Of a DNA stretch of 46,408 nucleotides, positions 44,130-46,408 are shown one piece after another. The stretch covers positions 1 through 46,408 of the forward strand of contig JBFXJJ010000017.1 in the NCBI GenBank assembly GCA_050175015.1, given 5' to 3'. A program made the translations under genes and the position numbers. Origin of the DNA: Alphaproteobacteria bacterium. Its GTDB lineage: Bacteria; Pseudomonadota; Alphaproteobacteria; JBFXJJ01. Each line of letters begins with the position of its first letter. The stretch's first letter is position 1. The notes below the pieces were generated by a model that was given only the letters and a program-made list of their open reading frames with translations, made no database searches and was not told the DNA's origin.

Positions 44130-44142
44130 TAACACATTGATA
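44130..44142 (-). promoter_or_regulatory. IHF-consensus site
   Basis: TAACACATTGATA is the reverse complement of TATCAA-TGTG-TTA, matching WATCAANNNNTTR. Confidence 0.45.
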
Positions 44143-44309
44143 AAACTATGTTTTTTATAAAATAATTAAGTTTTTTGGGTAACACATAGGTATCTTTTTT
44201 AGTTGTTTTTTGATTATAACTAAAAAATAAGTAAAATTTTATATGATTAACGCATTGTTTTAATTTTATATTTTTTATATTTGTGCGTACTAAAAACCCA
44301 TAAAAATGC

Positions 44310-44330
44310 GTTATATCCTAACAACGGTTA
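44310..44330 (+). repeat. Right inverted repeat of the invertible segment
   Basis: GTTATATCCTAACAACGGTTA, read L-Y-P-N-N-G in the frame of the GLUG ORF. Confidence 0.9.
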
Positions 44331-46408
44331 TTCTCAAACAGCCATTACAACCTGTTCAGAATTACAGGCGATAAATAACAACTTATCAGGCAGTTACTAT
44401 CTTGCTAATGATATCGATTGTAGTGATACCGTTAATTGGAACAGCGGTGCTGGTTTTGTACCGATTGGAAATAATGCCTCACCATTTACTGGTATATTTG
44501 ATGGAGCAAGACATTCCATAATCAATTTAATTGTTAACAAAGATGCTGATTATGTTGGGCTTTTTGGTATTGTTTCCAATGCGGTAATTTCCAATGTTTA
44601 TGTCTCAGGAAAAGTTACAGGAAAAGCCTATGTCGGAGGAATAATAGGATTAGCTAACAACACACTTATAAACAGAGTTTCATCAAATGTGAAGACAACA
44701 GGAACTAGTTCAGTTAACGGTTGTTCTGGAGCCATTGTTGGTTATTTAAATGATTCTTCAACTCTTTTGAATAGTTTTGCTTCCTCTAATGTTCAAGGAA
44801 CTTGGTATGTTGGCGGTTTAGTTGGAACCTCCAACAATTCAATTATTAGAAATAGTTATTCAGAAGGAGCAGTCTTATTTGGGACGAATTATGTTGGTGG
44901 CATTTTAGGTCAAGGAATTAATTCGAACATCACCTCCAGTTTTTCAACAAGTCAGGCATCAGCCAGCGTTTATGGAGCAGGTGGTATTGTTGGATATGCA
45001 AATGTTGTTGGAGTAAGTGAAAGTTATGCTACAGGGTTAATTAGTTCTCCAAGTTATGTTGGAGGTTTGATAGGATATATTGGTGGTGGTTCTTCTGCTC
45101 CTAACAGTTATTGGAATACTCAGACATCTGGGCAAAGCTCCAGTGCCGGCAATTTAGGAACTGGAAAAACAACAGCTGAGTTGCAAATGCAAAGCACCTT
45201 TTCTGGTTGGAACTTTGACAATGTTTGGAAAATGACGGAAGGAAGCTATCCTAAGCTTCGCAGCAGTATAGAAATATCAACTTGTGAGCAGCTGCAAAAC
45301 ATTAATAGTAATCTTTATGGCAGTTATTATCTAACTGGTGATATTGATTGCAGCGATACCGTTAATTGGAATGGTGGTGAAGGCTTTGTTCCGATTGGTA
45401 CCGAAACCAGCCCATTTTATGGCAACTTTGATGGTAATAGCTTTGAAATTACTAGTCTCTATATTAACCGACCTTCAACAGAACTTGTTGGTTTATTTGG
45501 CTTTGTAAAATATTCAACAATAGAAAACGTTGATTTGATTGAGGGCAATATTAGTGGTCGTAGCAATGTTGGCGGCTTAGTTGGAGCTATGGAATATTCT
45601 CATGTCGATAAAGTTTCTTTTTCAGGCTCTGTAATTGCAAGTAAAGGAACTGTTTATATAGCTGGAGGTGATGGTTGGAGCCATGCTGGTGGTTTAATTG
45701 GTTTTGCTGTTACCTATTCTAATATTTCTAATAGTTATTCAAAAGGCTCTGTTTATGCTACGGGAGATCTTGTAGGAGGTTTAGTTGGAGCTGTATCTAT
45801 GGGTTCATCTGTTTTTCGTAGTTATTCAGAAGCAACCGTAAGCGTAACTGGTTATAATACTTACGGAGGAGTTGGAGGACTAATAGGACACGTTAATTTT
45901 GGATATAATGCTCAAATAGTTGATAACTATGCTACAGGCAATGTTACAGGAGTTTATGCAGTTGGTGGTTTAATTGGTGATATTTGCTGTGGAACTCCTA
46001 GTATTATTAATTCTTACTTTGCAGGTTCGATTTCTGGAAATAGTGAAGTAGGAAGCTTTATTGGCAAGTCTAGGTTAGGTAATCTTACGGCTAATAATTG
46101 CTATTGGGATATTGAAACAACGAGCCAAGCTTCAAGTTGTGGAGGCAGTGTAGTTTGCAACGGCATAACAGGCCGAACAACGGCTCAAATGAAGACACAA
46201 AGCACGTATTCTAATTGGGATTTTACCGATGTTTGGTATTTACCTGCTGGCGAATATCCTAAACTTAAATGGCAGATACCAGTCTGCACAGGCTGTGCAG
46301 TTTTAGATGGTATGGTTTGTGTAGCGGGTGGTAGTTGTTCTGGTGAACACCCGACGTGTAATGTTACGGGCTGGGTTGGACTTTGCGAATGTTCATCTAG
46401 CACTTGCG
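44311..46408 (+). CDS. Large secreted or surface GLUG-repeat protein (two tandem beta-helix modules then a Cys-rich region); headless here and runs off the window end
   Basis: Translated by hand: frame 1 is open from 44251 to the end. ITTCSELQAI...YYLANDIDC...GFVPIG...FTGIFDG...VGLFG, many VGGLVG repeats, W.F..VW...YPKL twice. First in-frame ATG is at 45187. Confidence 0.9.

Larger units (their letters stand above)
43736..44330. other. Invertible DNA switch (595 bp), OFF orientation
   Basis: Bounded by 21-bp inverted repeats; carries a leftward candidate promoter, RBS, ATG and signal peptide that would fuse in frame to the downstream ORF on inversion. Confidence 0.82.

Noticed and set aside
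44243-44310. ATG 44243 or TTG 44281 as the native start of the GLUG gene
   Set aside because: ATG 44243 is out of frame and stops after 6 codons. TTG 44281 has no RBS and gives no hydrophobic signal peptide. The inverted leader explains the gene better.

Overview
AT-rich chromosomal window from an alphaproteobacterium (Rhodospirillales-like by inference: long-linker FtsZ, ampD-rnpB-mraZ order, secA/prsA/mutT order, CtrA-type box). In order: a nucleoside salvage cluster (upp | cdd-punA-deoC-deoA-deoB plus a second, active-site-remodelled deoA), two J-domain co-chaperones, an amidase, RNase P RNA, and a dcw operon (mraZ to ftsZ). In that operon MurE is fused to a degenerate MurF, and murD and ddl are missing. 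Next come a lipoprotein, prmA and fucU, an inverted lpxC-bamD-recN-ligA block, secA, prsA and mutT. The last 7 kb is a surface-protein region: a pilin-partner gene, a 987-aa PilV/shufflon-N-like pilin adhesin, and a large GLUG-repeat protein that the ORF track missed. Main discovery: the GLUG gene has no convincing start of its own. A candidate promoter, RBS, ATG and signal peptide lie backwards in a 595-bp segment (43736-44330) bounded by 21-bp inverted repeats that encode L-Y-P-N-N in both frames. Inversion would rebuild the gene in frame, which indicates an intragenic phase-variation switch caught in the OFF state. No recombinase gene is present in the window. All product calls come from reading motifs by eye; no searches were run.
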